The notes beneath the pieces are model-generated. The model was given only the letters and a program-made list of their open reading frames with translations, did not search any database and was not told the DNA's origin. A program made the position numbers and the translations under genes. This document shows, piece by piece, positions 36,430 to 48,229 of a stretch of DNA of 64,000 bases; the first letter of the stretch is position 1, and every line of letters starts with the position of its first letter. The DNA is from Narcine bancroftii (Eukaryota): assembly GCF_036971445.1 (NCBI RefSeq), contig NC_091470.1, positions 217,372,001 through 217,436,000 of the forward strand, in the 5' to 3' direction.

Positions 36430-37000
36430 ACAGAACAGACAGTAACTTTAACGTAATATCTAATTTTTTCCTAAACGTAAATAAGACATGATATCATGTA
36501 ATCATTGAATGCGAGTGGGTGAAACAATATCTTTCCACTTCATCAAAATTGCCCTTCTAGATATCAATGAAGCAAAAGCTAAAACTCTCTTCTGGATTGA
36601 GGACAGATATATATACTCTTCGAGAGAGAAACCAAATAAAGAAATTAAAGAACACGGTTCTAATTTAGTCTTAAAAATCGTTGATAAAGTTTGGAAAATC
36701 TCTTTCCAAAAATGTTCTAAGTTCGGACACTCCCAGAACATATGAATCAATGAAGCTTCATGATTTTTACACTTACCATGTAAAGGATCCATATCAGGAT
36801 AAAAACGAGATCATTTAACTTTAGACCTATGTATTCTATGCACCACTTTAAATTGCAACAAGCAATGATGTGAACAAAATGAAGACTCATTGATCAAATT
36901 AAGGAATGTATCCCAATCCTCGTCCGAGAATGCTCCATTCAAATCACGCCCCCAATCATTCTTAACCTGGCCATTGAGGCCATTCTTAAATCCATTCAAT
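36430..37000 (-). mobile_element. L1/Tx1-type ORF2 C-terminal fragment
   Basis: LLQFKVVHRIH and KCKNHEASLIHMFWECPNLEHFWKEI (degenerate CCHC knuckle). Confidence 0.8.
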
Positions 37001-37637
37001 TACGTTTGAATTTGATGGATTATCACTGTGACCATTTTCATGTGTGGATGCTCCGGGAATTCCCTGTCTGGTGTCTGGGGGACGTTATTCGATTTACATC
37101 TACACTATATACAGATAACTTTGTTTAGAGGGAAGGGGTAGATTAGTAGGGAGAATTTTTTTCTCCTTTTCATTATTAAGACTAACAAGTAAAAGAGGCG
37201 GGAGAGGTAAATCTAGATTGTGGATCACATCACAGAACAACATGATCACATCAGAGAGGTATAAAATATCTAATGTAAGGAAATTTTATGTATATTATTT
37301 GTAGAATTTTTGTATTCAATATTGATTTTGGACATAGCATGAGTTATGGTTTAATTATTCTAATTATAGAATTTGATCTGAACAAAATAAGCTATGTAAT
37401 AATTATGATTATGCTTTTAATTTACAATTGATATGTGACCTATATATGATATGATCTGATTTATGTTATCATTAGTTTACTCACTAAAATATTTTCAAAA
37501 GAAAAGAACAGATAATAACAAGATAAACAGAGACCAATATCTTACAACTGGGAAAAAGTTTGAATAAAACAAGTTTAAATATGCAGAGAAAGAAGGGAGT
37601 TGAAGTAACAATTCACAGTAAGGTATAACCCACTCAT

Positions 37638-38060
37638 CTTGCCTACCCCCTCACCTCCATTCCCTCACCTTCCTCCCTTCCAGCTCCTCTGCTCTCGCCT
37701 CTCTTTCCTCACCTCCCTTCCCTTCTATCACCTCCCCTCCCTCATCTTCCCTCTCACATCTTTTCCCTCATCCCCCCCTCACCTCCCCTCCCTCACCTCT
37801 GCTCCCCTTCCCTCCTTTACTTTCCTCACTCTCACGTCTCCCTCGACTCCACCATTCTCCTTCCCCCTCTCTGTCCCTTCACCCACTCTGCATTCCCTCT
37901 CCCCTTCTTCCACTCCCCTTTCTTCCTCCTTTTCTCCCTCTCACATTCTCCACCCAACATTTCTTGCTCTCCCCCTTTCACTTCACCATTTTCTCCCTCT
38001 CCCCCTTTCTCCTCCCCATTTCTTTCCATGCTTTCACCCAACACTCTCCCCCTCCTTTAT
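37638..38060. repeat. Polypyrimidine low-complexity tract
   Basis: About 420 nt C/T-rich run. Confidence 0.85.
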
Positions 38061-38674
38061 TTTAAATTTAAGATCAGGGTTTTGGACCTTACAAAAATGT
38101 TCTGAAGATCCTTTATTTTAAATTCTGCAATGTATTAATAATTCTTCTATTGATTGTTTAAGCAAAATATAATTATTTTGATTGTAGTCATTAGCGTTAA
38201 CAATATTGTGTTGTGCCCAGCTGAAGCAATATGTTAAATTTTAGCGACCATTGTTTAGAAGAATGTCAAGGCTATAGAAAAAGAAACATTTTCTAGAGTA
38301 ATTTATCAAAATTGTTAGATAAATTCCAAGATTAAAGGAGAAAGGGCAGGGAACTGAGGCCATATGATACTGTTTCAAAGATACATTCAGGTGTTGTGAG
38401 TTCTTTCTGTGCTGTATAATTCTGTGCAGAATCTTAGTGGTTCATCGAGAAATCAAAATTCAACAAACTGCAGGCAATAGTGGGAAAATTTGAAATAAAA
38501 CAGAAGATACTGACGACGCTCATCAAGTCGGACAACCTCAGTGAGAAGAGAAATTGTTAACATTTAAGATCAAAGATCTGCTTGAGTGATCCACATTTTC
38601 TGTTTTTACCTCAGAATATTTGTGTTCTATTGGTGAAGAGGCGTGCATTTTTGTTTGATTAGATTTTTTATTAA

Positions 38675-39047
38675 GAGCCCTTTACATCCCAGTTAATCAT
38701 CTATTCAGTGTCCCGGGATAGGAATGGGGGTTTGGCCTTTCACACTAGACCACTCCTAAACGGGACACTGAACACTTTCACACTTGTAAGGGTTTATCCC
38801 TGGCGTTTGGTCTGTTCCACCTTTAATTGGAAGTGCCTGCAATGCAATTGCCCATTTCACACTTGCCTGATCTCAACGCCGGCGTCTGCAGACACCAGGG
38901 ATTGTACTAGGGGTCAAAGCCGGTAATCCTTGGCGTGAGATGACTTCATCTGACACTGCCATTGAGGAGATTTTGCTTTTGCACTTGCCACTTTAAAGGG
39001 CGATTGGCGTTCGATCCCTGGGATCACTGGCAAGTGTGAAAGGGGCT
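38675..39047. mobile_element. PIF/Harbinger-like MITE (tentative)
   Basis: Imperfect ends (g)agcccttt.. / ..gtgtgaaaggggct flanked by TAA/TTA, with repeated internal tttcacact motifs. Confidence 0.5.
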
Positions 39048-39064
39048 TTAACAATTCTTTAGAG

Positions 39065-39286
39065 CAGCCATTCTCAACCCTTTTTGGCTATGGTCCCCTA
39101 CGACTCTGCTCAAAATTTATGGGACCCCCTTCTCTGTGAAACAGTCAAGTTTTGGTTTCTTCCGTACTTCTCACCTACATAAAAAAATATATATTTATGG
39201 TACATAAGGTGGAAAGAAAACAAGGCTTTTACTTAAATGTGCTGTAGCCCCCAGGGGAGGCATCGGGCCCCCGTTGAGAATGGCTA
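39065..39286. mobile_element. hAT/Charlie-type MITE
   Basis: TIR cagccattctcaac / gttgagaatggcta and 8-bp TSD ctttagag/atttagag. Confidence 0.85.
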
Positions 39287-40030
39287 ATTTAGAGAGGCTT
39301 AATGGTAAGAATTAATTCTACTTAAAATGTAAAATGTATTCAATCCTTTTTATGAAATGTGAATGTAAGTTAAAGCTGTGATAATTTCTCTTCTTTCTGA
39401 TGTGAAGCCTTAGTTGTTAGCAGGTGATCTTTTGCCATAGTTCCATTAGTGTTCTTGTTCACATTCCTGAATTGCTCCCTGAACTCTGGAGACGCACATC
39501 TCTTTGAGATGACTTTGAACAACATTGTTGATCTGGCATTAATCCAGGCACTGGGCAAGATTACTCAAGCCCTGAAATATGATGCTAATTACCTTCCAAT
39601 TTCGAGTAAAAGGCATGGTACATTTTGAGGCAAAATTTGGCTGCTACGCATTTTATGTTATGAGTACACATAGATGTCAAGTGATCTCTCTAGAATGTGA
39701 ATGCAATTCAAAGTCAGAAGTTGTAGCTCTACCTGAAACACCATGCATGAACAGAATAATTTCTGATCCCACCGTGTTAGTTTGTCTATTGTTTTCACAA
39801 TGTGTTTTTTTTTAACGAAATGAGTATCATCGAGAAAATGCTAAAGAGGGGCAAAAAATGGGTGGTTCAAAGCTGAATTATTTTACATAGAAATCCTTAA
39901 AGAGTCAAGAAGTGATACTCAGAAAAATTAAAGATGAAATATGCAATTTTGCAATGAAAGCCATACATTGTCTTGAGTACAGCAACAGAAATGTGCCAAA
40001 TTGAAGACTGACTATTTTTCTCTCCATTAG

Positions 40031-40800
40031 AGAACTAAAATATTCTGCATCAGTTAAAGATGTACACCAGTTAAACCGAAGGACAAGGAGTAATCCAGAA
40101 GAGGCTGACTGCAAATTACGGGACACAGGGAATGACAGTACCAGCACTGCACCACGAAGTACAGAGGAATCCTTGTCTGAAGATGTATTCACTGAATCGG
40201 AACTCTCTCCTATTCGAGAAGAGCTGGTGTCTTCTGATGAGCGCAGACAAAATAAGTCATCAGGAGCCTCCCTGGATTCTGTGCAAACAATAAACCAGTC
40301 TGCCATGGAAGGATGCCTCTTGCCGCCTTCTATGGAGAAATTAGAAGCCAATAATGAAAAATTATTGGCTCCAACTGATGGCATTCCAGTTATCCAACAA
40401 ATTGAAGTAGAGGGAAATGGAAACCAAACTCTGGAAGAATCTCTCAATGTTGGCAGCACAAATCACTCTGGTGCCCAACAGTGTGAGAGTGAGCCGCAGC
40501 CTACTAACAGCTGTAAAGTGGTCAATGAGCACAAGGATGCTGGAGCTGATGAGATTAATGTAACTCAGAGTGCACTTGCTGTGGATTCCTCAGAAGGCTG
40601 TGAGAAAGAGAGCAGTGATGAACCAAGGAAATCAGGGGAAGAGTGTGTTCGGGATTCTGAGACCGAGGTGGAGGAGCTCCGGAAGTTGTGGAAGATCCAT
40701 ACTATGCAGCAGACCAAGGAGCAAAGGGAAACAGTGCAACAGGCTTCCAACCAAGAAGTCAGAGAGAAAACTGGGAATCTTACAGAAGGCTCTCCAGAAG
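40031..40800 (+). CDS. OXR1: OXR1 large internal exon, acidic low-complexity linker (770 nt, phase 2-1)
   Basis: Polypyrimidine tract plus AG acceptor and donor G|GTatgt. Contains GNDSTSTAPRSTEESLSEDVFTESELSPIREELVSSDE and EVEELRKLWKIHTMQQTKEQRE; phases are compatible with both neighbouring exons. Confidence 0.94.
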
Positions 40801-41129
40801 GTATGTTAACCTTATAAAATTGCTGTACACCAATTGGCAGAGTGAAGCAGATTGTAGTAGGTGGATGAGTAATGAGAATTTACTGTCCTCTGCCTAAGTA
40901 CAGACGCACTGAAAATTTTATTGCTGCAATATGCCAAGACAGAAAAAGCAATTATAAAATGTTAGATAGATAAATATTCACAGATGCAATTAGTGCAAGA
41001 AAACTGTGACATTTCAATTGTGCAGACAGGTTTTGTTTGGTGGTCCCAGAGTAATTTATGGTTAGGGTCTGTAGGGGAGATTCCAGAGCCTGATTGCTGT
41101 TGGTTGAAAACCATTCTGGAATGAGAAAT

Positions 41130-41735
41130 GCTGGACTCCAGGCTTCTGTATTTTCTGCCACTTTCCCCTGTGACTGTAGGTGGTGCCATGTTTGTCCTAC
41201 ACCTCCTTCCTCGCAAACATTTCATGGCCAAAACAGTCCCTCCAGGTATGCCAAAGATTCACATGCACTTTGCCGATTTCAGTTGGTGCTCTCAATGTGA
41301 CCTTCCCCTGCACTGATAAGATCAAGCATGGACCAAGTGATTTGCATGTCATTTCAACACCTTTCCCTTCCCTGCACCAACCTGTTTGTCCTCATTCTTA
41401 TCCACTGCCACAGTGAGACCAAGCACAACCTAGAAGAACAATACCTACCTACACCTCAATGGTATAAAATTGTATTTTCCAATTTAAGATTATTCTCGCT
41501 CCCTGTGTTATTTGTTCACTTCTACCTACCCACTCAAGTGCTTGTCCCCCTTTGGTTCACATTCCCAAATACCCTCAACCCCTGCTTTGCTGAGATTCAT
41601 TACCCTACCCCTCCTGCTTCCATCCGCCCATGGCACACACACCTACCCCACTGGGCTTCTCCACCTTGGCCCACCTTTCCTATATTCCACCTGCCTGGTT
41701 CCATCTGCTCATCTTCTCTCCCTTATTTGGTTCCC
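41130..41735 (+). mobile_element. Penelope-like GIY-YIG remnant, continuing at about 42400-42585
   Basis: Peptides PKQSLQVCQRFTCT and IHCHSETKHNLEEQYL. Confidence 0.6.
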
Positions 41736-41737
41736 CT

Positions 41738-42375
41738 CATTCAGATTTCAGATTTATTGTCAGAGTACATTCTTGAGATCACATAAAACCCTGAGATTCT
41801 TTTTACTGTGGGCCAGGCAGAATTACCACTTATTTTGCAAAACAAAACTGTGCACAATGTACACATGTAAACAACTGAATGTGCAATATAGAGAGGAGAG
41901 GGGAAAAAAAAGTTATGTGCACAAGTAAAAGTCCTTAAATGAGTCCCTGATTGAGTTTGTTGTTAAGGAGTCTGATGGTGGAGGGATAGCAGCTGTTCCT
42001 GAACCTGGTGGTGTGAGTTTTATGGCACCTCTACCTCTTTCCTGATGCAGCAGTGAGAACAGAGTGTGGGTCATTGATGATTGCTGCTGCTCTCTGACGA
42101 CAGCATTTCCTGTAGATGTTCTCAATAGTAGGGAGGCTTTTGCCTGTGATGTCCTTGGCTGAGTCCACTACCATTTGCAAGGCTTTACGCTCGGGGATAT
42201 TGGTGTCCCCATGCCAGACTGTGAAGTAGCTGGTCAACACGCTTTCCATCACACACCTGCAGAAATTTGCCAGGGCTTCCAATGCCATTACCAAACCTCC
42301 GAAAATTTCTGAGGAAGTAGAGGCCATTGATGTGTTTGCTCTAGGAAATATCATCCTAGATGGTGACTCCCCAGA
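41738..42375 (-). mobile_element. Rex1/Babar 3' fragment
   Basis: LANFCRCVMESVLTSYFTVWHGDTN and tail ttcagatttcagatttattg. Confidence 0.85.
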
Positions 42376-42599
42376 ACTTAAATCATCACCTTCCAATCTC
42401 TATTGCTACCTTCCCCCTTCCTGCACCTCAAATACTCCGTTTTCCCATCATCCCCCACCTGGCTCCATCTGACCAACATCCATCACCTCACCTGGCTCCA
42501 CCTATCACCTCCCAGCCTTTGTGTATCCATCCCTCTCACCTCTTTAACCTTGCTCTCTTCCTTCTGTACCCTTAGTCCTGATGCATAAAGATTTAAATT

Positions 42600-42785
42600 A
42601 CATTTTAATTTTTTTAAAATTTAGATGTACAGCAGAATAACAGGTGTATCCAGCCCGTGATCCATGTCACCCAAATACCTCAATCCTTCTACAAACCCCA
42701 TACGTTTTGGAGAGTGGGAGGAAACCAGAGCACCTGGAGAAAACCAACGCAGACACAGGGAGCATGTACAAACCCCTTACAGACC
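42600..42785 (-). mobile_element. V-SINE copy
   Basis: gtgggaggaaaccagagcacctggagaaaacc is the antisense V-domain. Confidence 0.75.
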
Positions 42786-43521
42786 TTGAAACTTCCCTGA
42801 TTGGTGAAGTAGACAACTTCTGAGGTTGTGTCTTGGTGAAGAGAATGATCTGCTGGTTCTTGAGGTGACCAATAAGTTCTTAGAAGCAAGAAGCAAAATA
42901 ACTGTTGGACATACTCAGCATGCCAGGCAACAGCTGTAGAGAAAAAACAGAGATACCATTTCAAGTTAAGAACCCCACATCAGTTCTGAACAGCATCTGC
43001 ACCTTATTGTAGATGGGCTACATCTGGAGTATATTCAATCAGATGGAGAGCCTGGCCCAATTGCTGGGGTATACAGCTTGGTGGGGCAGTTAACATTTTA
43101 TTTGGTCACCATGTGTTCTTGGAGAGAATCAGAACGCTTGGTGACTTCCTAAATGCTCCTCTGATTATCTTGCTGGTCTTGCGTCAGGGATTCTTGGGAG
43201 ATGTGACAATTCTTTCAAAGAGACATCAAGGGATTCCTCAAAGCATTTTCTTTATCCTGGAAGTATCTTGCTGAGATTGGGCTCAGAGTGCTTTCTCTTG
43301 GGCCTTGAATGCTTTGAGATGTCCATGTCTCTGAGGCATGCAAGAAGGCAGGGATCACTGTTACTCATTGGACTTCATTCTGCTTGGTATTCTCTGCTGC
43401 GTTAATCTTTGAGTATGATCATCTGCAGGCAACTGAAGGGTTTGCCAGCACTTTGGAGGCAGCAAACCTCATTGCCCATCTGCGCTCAGAGCTGGTTCCA
43501 GAAAAAGTGTTCCAAGCAAAG

Positions 43522-44538
43522 TTCAAAGTTCAGATTTATTGTCAGAGTACATACATGACATCACATCCAACTCTGAGATTTGCCTGTGATGTATTGGGTT
43601 GTGTCCACTACCATTTGAGTACTTAGCCCCCTGCTCTAGTCACTCTACACCTATGACTTTATGACTCAGAATGACAACCACACCATCTACAAAATCGCTG
43701 ATGATACCACGATAGTGGGCTGTATAAAACGGGTAGATAAGTCAGCGGACAGCAGGGAGATTGAAAACTTGGCTGAATGGTTCCTAAGAACAACCTCGCA
43801 CTCAATGTCACCAAAACCAAGGAGCTGATTGTGGACTTTAGGAGGTGAGAACCAAAGGTTTTGGGGGGGGGATCAGGTGGAGAGGACAAATTTAAATCCT
43901 CAGAGTCACTATCTCATAGGAACTAATTTCATGGTGAGGAAAGCATGTCAGGGCCTCTACTTCCTCAGGAGTTTGCAAAGGATTGGCATGACACCAGAAA
44001 CCCTGGCAAGATGTTTACAAATGTGTGCTAACCAGTTGTATCACGGTCTGGAATGACGGCACCAGTTCCTCTGAGCAGAAATATCTGCAAAAGGTAGTGG
44101 ACGCAGCCCAGTACGCCTCAAGCAAAACTCTCCCCACCATCAAGGAGATCTACATGGAATGCTGCTGTCGGAGAGCAGCAGCAAGGATCCACACCACCGA
44201 AAACGCGCTTCTTTCTCACTGCTATCATCAGTAAAGAGGTACAGGTGCCTCAAGACTTGTACCATTATGTTCAGGAACAGTTGCTACCCCTCCACTATCA
44301 GACTCATAAATCAGAGACTCACTTATAAGGACTCTTACTTTGCACGTTATTATTGAACATTTATTTTCTGTATTGCACAGATTCTTTGCACTGGCTTCTT
44401 GTTCACATTTCTCTCTTTTGGATACGTATCTATTCTTTCGTTCAATTTTTTTCTACTGATAAAGAGAAATTCTGCCTGATCCGGAGGAAAAACAATCTCT
44501 GGGTTGTATGTGCTCTGACAATAAATCTGAACTTTGAA
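43522..44538 (+). mobile_element. Rex1/Babar fragment with 3' tails at both ends
   Basis: Plus-strand body from about 43620 (ADDTTIVG, TKTKELIVDFRR, LYFLRSL). A perfect 26-bp inverted match joins 43522-43547 and 44513-44538. Confidence 0.8.
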
Positions 44539-44779
44539 TTCTACATTGAATGAATTCTGTAAGAAGTAATGCTGAACCTTTATAAAACACAAGTCTGGCC
44601 TGAAAATTATACTCACTCTTGGCGGCCTCATTAAAATAAAATGTGAGGATTGAGAGAAGCTGCAGGAAATACTTACAAGAATGGTAACTTGGATGACAAT
44701 GAAAATGAGTTTTCAAAGCCAAACTTTGAGCTTCAAAGCAAAAGAGATTGACAGTTGTGTTTTCAATATTGTATTTCAG

Positions 44780-44948
44780 GTAATGTTGTGGCAAAAGAGA
44801 AAAGGCGACATCGATCTCACAAATTCTTGTGCTTGAGGGTTGGGAAGCCAATGAGGAAGACATTTGTGTCTCTGGCAAGTGCATCCATGCAACAGTATGC
44901 CCAGAGGGACAGGAAGCACGAGTATTGGTTTGCAGTGCCACATGAAAG
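44780..44948 (+). CDS. OXR1: OXR1 internal coding exon (169 nt, phase 1-2)
   Basis: Acceptor atttcAG and donor AG|GTaagt. Translates KEKRRHRSHKFLCLRVGKPMRKTFVSLASASMQQYAQRDRKHEYWFAVPHE. Confidence 0.95.
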
Positions 44949-47386
44949 GTAAGTCAGACCTTCTATCTTGTGCGTGTAAGGCTTGTACTTCAGCTCAATG
45001 TGACGACCACTCAGAGAACACTTTCCTACCTGTAGGCTTTATGCATGGCAACTAAGCTAACATTTTTGGCTGCAATACACAAATGTGCTGGGAAAACTCA
45101 GCAGCTCATTTATGTCCATTTAACGGCCTTTGAATCTTTGTTAAATCACTGTGAAGTACAAGTCACTGATGATGACTTGACATGCAAGTTAAAAGACCGT
45201 CTACCCACTCTGGCCAACATTAAAAGTGCACTGTGGACTGCTACAGCAATGGGAACTTTCTACATCCCGACTGCTCTGAATTAAAAGTTTGTATGTAGCT
45301 TTGTTGCATGAGCTGTGTCCAGTGGGAGGTAGATTATTAAAACGTTAGCGAAACTGTCTTAGTTAGACATTAAATGTATACTGAAATGATGTCATCTTTG
45401 CCTCACTGCCACCTGTACATGGTTTTCATGAATGCATCTCACACAGTGATGTGTGCTCTTTGGAGGCACCGATCACAAGTGTCCACTGGGTTTGTGCAGT
45501 TCTGCCTGTGCACCCAGTAAGACAAACTAGTGCCATTGCTATCATAGAATAGTGACAGGTTAGAAGGAGGCCATTAGACCTTTCGTGTTTATGCCAGACA
45601 CTGGCCTTTCTTTGTAGCCTGACAAACTTTTCTTCACCATCTGTCTCTTGAAGATCACGTTGGAACCTGCCTCCATCTTACCTGCAGTCAGTGCATTCCA
45701 GACTTCAGCTTCATGCTGCATAAAAATAGTTCTCCCTTTTGTCACCATTAATTCTCTTCCACTTTTTTTTATACCTTTGACCTCCAGTCCTTGTCCCCGA
45801 GCCAGTGGGAACAGCCTCTCCCGGAAGGCAACGTGGATGGAGTGGGGTGGAGGTGGGGGGGAGATGCATTTCCAGAAAACACTCAAAATATCTCAATTTT
45901 CCATAATGTGCAACAAGATATGTGAGCTGAAAGAAATATATATTTTGTGTTCATTTATTTACAGTTCTTCATAGAAATTCAAATTTATTCTGTATGTTTA
46001 AGTCGTGATTTGTGAATTCTGTAAGTGAGAATTTCTTTTACTATAACATCTGTAACAAAGAGGTCACCTTTAACCAATCTGTCCAAACCATCCATCATTT
46101 TAGATACTTCTTCAGCCTTGCCTTAAATGTTGTGAGTCAAAGGAGTTTTGAGAGATAAATTACTCTTTATTCCAATTTCTGTATCATGCCAAATGATTCA
46201 ATAAAGGAGTATCTCTTTCAGCAGTCATTAATATAAAATCTTCTGCTTTTCTCTCTCCTATTTTACCAAATACTATTTTTTACCCAAGCTGATTTATCCC
46301 CCCCCCCTTCAAAAAAAGAAGTAAGAAATTTCATTTGGGCTGCTCTATAGTAATTTTAAAAATTGGGGACGGTAACCCTCCCAATTCATATTTCTGTGTT
46401 AATTTTTCTATAGAGACTCTGGACATTATACCTTTACATGTAAAAAAAACCAATTCTAATATATTTATTTAATACTTGAAAATATTTTGAGGTATTATAG
46501 GCAATGATTGAAAGAGATACTGTATTTTGGAAGTATGTTCGTCTTAATACAATTAAGTCTTCCAACTTATGTTATAGGCAATATTGCCCATCTATTTTAA
46601 GTAGAGCCAAGTAGCTCAATTTATATAAATTTTGTAATTTATTATCTGTACAAACTCCTAAATATCAAACCATCAACCATTCTTTTTAAGACCAAAAGAT
46701 AAAGGAGCAGAAATAGCTTGTTCAGCCCATCAAGTCTTCCTGCCATTTAATCATGAGATGATCCATTTTCCCACTCAGCCCCACTACTTGGCCTTCTCCC
46801 CATAACCTTTGATGCCCTGGCTAATCAAGAACCTATCAATGTCTTTATACACTCAATGGCCCAGACTCCACAACTGCCTGTGGCAACAAATTCCATGGAT
46901 TAACCACCCTATTGCTAAAGAAATTACTCTGCATCTTAGTTCTAAGTGGACATCCTTCAATCCTGAAGTTGTCTCCTCTTCTCCTGGATTATCTTACCAT
47001 GGGAAACAACCTTTCTACATCTACTCTGTCCCTGTCTTTCTACATTCAATATTCTCCTAACTCCAATGAGAACAGGCCAAGAGCCGTCAAATGCTCCTTA
47101 TACGATAACCCTTTCATTCCTGGAATCATTTTTGTGAACCTCCTCTGAACGTCAGTGTAGACAGCCGCTGTCATTGGCAACTCTGAACCTGCTGCAATTG
47201 CATTGCAGCACCATGGTACTCCCAACTGCGCATGCGCAAGCACCACAAGGACGTGTTAGTTGAATTGAGCACTAGCAGGGACTAGACGCCATGTTGTGGG
47301 CTCTCTCTCTCCTATTTATCATGTTTGGTTGTGTTCAGTAAAGTCTTATATTTGGTTTACCTCACCCACCGACTTGACTCGTTATT

Positions 47387-48182
47387 CTTTGGCTTGGCTT
47401 CGCGGACGAAGATTTACGGAGGGGGTAAAAAGTCCACGTCAGCTGCAGGCTCGTTTGTGGCTGACCAGTCCGATGCGGGACAGGCAGACACGATTGCAGC
47501 GGTTGCAAGGGAAAATTGGTTGGTTGGGGTTGGGTGTTGGGTTTTTCCTCCTTTGCCTTTTGTCAGTGAGGTGGGCTCTGCGGTCTTCTTCAAAGGAGGC
47601 TGCTGCCCGCCAAACTGTGAGGCGCCAAGATGCACGGTTTGAGGCGTTATCAGCCCACTGGCGGTGGTCAATGTGGCAGGCACCAAGAGATTTCTTTAGG
47701 CAGTCCTTGTACCTTTTCTTTGGTGCACCTCTGTCACGGTGGCCAGTGGAGAGCTCGCCATATAATACGATCTTGGGAAGGCGATGGTCCTCCATTCTGG
47801 AGACGTGACCCATCCAGCGCAGCTGGATCTTCAGCAGAGTGGACTCGATGCTGTCGACTTCTGCCATCTCGAGTACCTCGACGTTAGGGGTGTGAGCGCT
47901 CCAATGGATGTTGAGGATGGAGCGGAGACAACGCTGGTGGAAGCGTTCTAGGAGCCGTAGGTGGTGCCGGTAGAGGACCCATGATTCGGAGCCGAACAGG
48001 AGTGTGGGTATGACAACGGCTCTGTATACGCTTATCTTTGTGAGATTTTTCAGTTGGTTGTTTTTCCAGACTCTTTTGTGTAGTCTTCCAAAGGCGCTAT
48101 TTGCCTTGGCGAGTCTGTTGTCTATCTCATTGTCGATCCTTGCATCTGATGAAATGGTGCAGCCGAGATAGGTAAACTGGTT
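47387..48182 (-). mobile_element. RTE LINE copy inserted into the Gypsy 5' LTR
   Basis: Near-identical to the 28043 copy. 10-bp TSD actcgttatt at 47377-47386 and 48183-48192. Confidence 0.93.
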
Positions 48183-48211
48183 ACTCGTTATTAAGCACAC
48201 AATAACAAACA

Positions 48212-48229
48212 TGGTGTCAGAAGCGGGAT
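48212..48229 (+). promoter_or_regulatory. Primer binding site, tRNA-Leu(CAA)-like
   Basis: TGGTGTCAGAAGcGGGAT immediately after the LTR ..ACA end. Complementary, with one mismatch, to the vertebrate tRNA-Leu(CAA) 3' end as I recall it. Confidence 0.75.
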
